A stretch of 64,000 nucleotides of DNA, from NCBI GenBank assembly GCA_965226215.1, contig CBDDCH010000002.1, positions 2,517,228-2,581,227 of the forward strand, in the 5' to 3' direction. Below the pieces are notes generated by a model. The model saw nothing but the letters and a program-made list of their open reading frames with translations, was not told the DNA's origin and did no database searches. The translations under genes were made by a program, and so were the position numbers. Positions 62,186 through 64,000 of this stretch are shown piece by piece. This DNA is from Bryobacterales bacterium. Its GTDB lineage: Bacteria; Acidobacteriota; Terriglobia; Bryobacterales; UBA6623. How positions within the stretch are numbered: the first letter of the stretch is position 1; each line of letters begins with the position of its first letter.

Positions 62186-63765
62186 GCTCCTCGTCCTGTG
62201 AGTACGACCAAGGGAGTCTCGATCAGAATCCTCAGGTCCAGCCCGAATGACCAGTTGCGGATATATCGAATGTCGAGGTCCACCCACTTCTCAAAGGGCA
62301 GCTCGCTGCGCCCGCTGATCTGCCACAACCCAGTGATTCCCGGCGCCACGCGCGAGCGCTGCTCGGTCCAGACCGCGAAGTCTTTGCTTTGTCCGTCGAG
62401 TTCGAGGTCCTCGGTGGGAAGAGGACGCGGCCCGACCAAGCTCATCTGGCCAAGCAGAACGTTGACGAACTGGGGCAGCTCGTCCAAGCTATAGCGGCGC
62501 ATGAATCGGCCCAGTGGCGTCACCCGAGGGTCGTTGCGGATCTTAAAGACGTGGCCGGTTTTCTCGTTCCGCCCCGCTACGCGCCGGCGTTCGTTTTGCC
62601 CGTGATACATGGATCGAAACTTCAAGAAAACAAAGTGGCGGCCGCCACGGCCCACGCGAGGCGCCTTGTAGAGCACCGGTCCGGGGGAGCTGAGCTTGAT
62701 GAGAATCGCCAGCCCGACCAACAGCGGAGATAGAGCGATCAGCAGCAGTCCGGCGGCCACGATGTCGAAAGCGCGCTTGAGCCACTCTTGGCCGCGTGTG
62801 AATGAAGCCCCTCGCAGCTCGAGCAGATGCAGGCCGTAGAGCTCGCTGAGAGAAACTTGCGCACTCGGCCCCAGCGACGGAAAAGCGCGACTGGCGACGA
62901 CGCCCATGCGCTTGGCCGTGCCGGCGCACTCCTCCATCTGCCGCTCCGTCAGATGCCCATCGGCGATAATCAGCCGGTCCAAACCATGACGATTAATCAG
63001 TGCGGCGAGGTCCGGGAGGCGGCCCAACACCGGAACCGGATTGCCTAGGTCCTCCGCGGAAACTGCCGGCGGCAGGATGACGCCCGAAACGGCTAGGCCG
63101 CTCCCGCCCGCACTCCGCAGGCGGTCGACCAGCCCCCTGGCTCGAGCACCCGCTCCTACCACCGCTACTCGTTCCGGCGCCGGCCATCTTCGTTCGATCA
63201 GGACGGCGGCCACCAGCGCTAGGTAGTGCGCCGCCGCCATCATCAGAAAGCTCAGCGGCGCAAAAAGCAGAACAAACGAGCGCGACAGGTGCGCCCCCAC
63301 CTGGCGCGAGAAGAACGTGACGATGATGGTAAGTGCGCCGGCTACGATGGCCGATTCGGCAGCTCTAGCCAGGCTAGCGGAAGCCGTCGACAAACCACGG
63401 GAGCTGTAAAGGCCGCGGTAGGCGGCGGCCAGCATCCAAAGGATGATGACCGCCGACAGCGGAGGCGCCGCCGCCAAAAGTTGCGCCCGGGTCAGTGCAA
63501 TCGGCATCCAGGGATTCAGCACGGCGCGCAACTCGAAAGTGGCGGACCAGGCCGCCCCCACGGCCAGCGTGTCTAAAACAAGCTGCAGCAGGCGGTAGCG
63601 GTGACGATAGAAGACGTGCGCTAGAACTAAGGGCTTCGTCTCTGCTTCCATCGACGCCGTGTGCGTGCTCGCGTAAGGCACACGGGCCGTTTCGACACTC
63701 GCTTGCGGCATAAGGGTTGGGAGGAAACCGTGAGATCTAGCTGAGCAGGCAGCGGGTCGTGGCAA
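62179..63765 (-). CDS. exopolysaccharide polyprenyl-phosphate glycosyl-1-phosphate transferase (WbaP/WcaJ-type initiating enzyme)
   Basis: It has N-terminal TM helices and a central Rossmann-like region. The C-terminal Bac_transf domain reads KRAFDIVAAGLLLIALSPLL...LYKAPRVGRGGRHFVFLKFRSM...DELPQFVNVLLGQMSLVGPRP. The start is uncertain (M1, M19 or M39). Confidence 0.85.
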   Translation of the reverse strand: MPRPAACSARSHGFLPTLMPQASVETARVPYASTHTASMEAETKPLVLAHVFYRHRYRLLQLVLDTLAVGAAWSATFELRAVLNPWMPIALTRAQLLAAAPPLSAVIILWMLAAAYRGLYSSRGLSTASASLARAAESAIVAGALTIIVTFFSRQVGAHLSRSFVLLFAPLSFLMMAAAHYLALVAAVLIERRWPAPERVAVVGAGARARGLVDRLRSAGGSGLAVSGVILPPAVSAEDLGNPVPVLGRLPDLAALINRHGLDRLIIADGHLTERQMEECAGTAKRMGVVASRAFPSLGPSAQVSLSELYGLHLLELRGASFTRGQEWLKRAFDIVAAGLLLIALSPLLVGLAILIKLSSPGPVLYKAPRVGRGGRHFVFLKFRSMYHGQNERRRVAGRNEKTGHVFKIRNDPRVTPLGRFMRRYSLDELPQFVNVLLGQMSLVGPRPLPTEDLELDGQSKDFAVWTEQRSRVAPGITGLWQISGRSELPFEKWVDLDIRYIRNWSFGLDLRILIETPLVVLTGRGAC

Positions 63766-63808
63766 GTCGAACCGCGCTGTCCGCGAGTCGAGTCTTGTGA
63801 CTTACCGG

Positions 63809-64000
63809 CTAAGAGGGTTGCGCACTCGGCTGTTCTTCTTTTTCGGCGTAGTAGTACTCGTAATAGTCGTTGTCGTAGTAGCCGTAACCGTTGGCTTTCG
63901 GGTTCCAGGAGTTCAGAACGGTCCCCAGCACGCGGGTGCCGTCTTCGAGGAATCGCTCCGAGGCCGCTTTGGCGGTGCCCCGGGTTGTCTGCCCCGCCCG
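63809..64000 (-). CDS. polysaccharide co-polymerase tyrosine autokinase, C-terminal tail only (the rest lies beyond the right edge)
   Basis: My reverse-complement translation reads ...ERFLEDGTRVLGTVLNSWNPKANGYGYYDNDYYEYYYAEKEEQPSAQPS*. The Tyr-rich tail is typical of Wzc/EpsB-type BY-kinases. The stop is a TAG at 63809-63811. Confidence 0.6.
   Translation of the reverse strand, partial: RAGQTTRGTAKAASERFLEDGTRVLGTVLNSWNPKANGYGYYDNDYYEYYYAEKEEQPSAQPS

Overview
This is a 64-kb window from a GC-rich diderm bacterium. The gene content looks Acidobacteriota-like, but I cannot verify that here. Almost all real genes lie on the minus strand, and most plus-strand ORFs in the track are antisense shadows.

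The left half (1-33 kb) carries housekeeping and envelope genes:
- two methyltransferases
- a GT-C-type membrane glycosyltransferase
- an amidohydrolase
- rmuC
- a CHASE-PAS-GGDEF-EAL protein
- an SDR and an ICMT-like methyltransferase
- lptD
- a Ser/Thr kinase with TPR repeats
- an ABC exporter pair and a DUF420 protein
- smc
- a TolB-like beta-propeller protein
- a VWA/HEAT protein

The right half (about 33.7-64 kb) is one large surface-polysaccharide locus. It contains:
- the tail of a tyrosine autokinase
- a priming phosphoglycosyltransferase
- two FkbM methyltransferases
- a Wzx-like flippase
- GT4 and GT2 glycosyltransferases
- two O-antigen-ligase/Wzy-like proteins
- a WecB/TagA-family transferase
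- gmd-fcl
- a neuB plus cytidylyltransferase nonulosonic-acid module
- an unusual module of class-III aminotransferase, VOC, methyltransferase, TIM-barrel isomerase and two SDRs

Two things stand out.
1. Mobile-DNA load is heavy. There is one IS256, one IS1595 (8-bp TSD), one IS3, three 1153-bp IS630 copies (TA TSD) and several MITE/REP-like repeat families. Two IS630 copies carry the same amber codon and sit in inverted orientation around neuB and the cytidylyltransferase gene.
2. Genes are decaying. Three conserved glycan genes carry in-frame stops, one each of TAA, TGA and TAG. At least three more genes are frameshifted, one of them at a C10 tract.

Other oddities are a C23A7 homopolymer, a (GGGGAAAGTC)n array, a 25-bp-stem inverted repeat and a 48-bp tandem hairpin repeat. 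I found no rRNA, tRNA or CRISPR array. I see no clearly new multi-gene system. The best candidates for follow-up are the IS-bracketed nonulosonic-acid cassette, the uncharacterised transferase-like protein at 43.6-44.7 kb, and the non-canonical aminotransferase/VOC/SDR module. All family calls come from motif recognition by eye. No database search was run.
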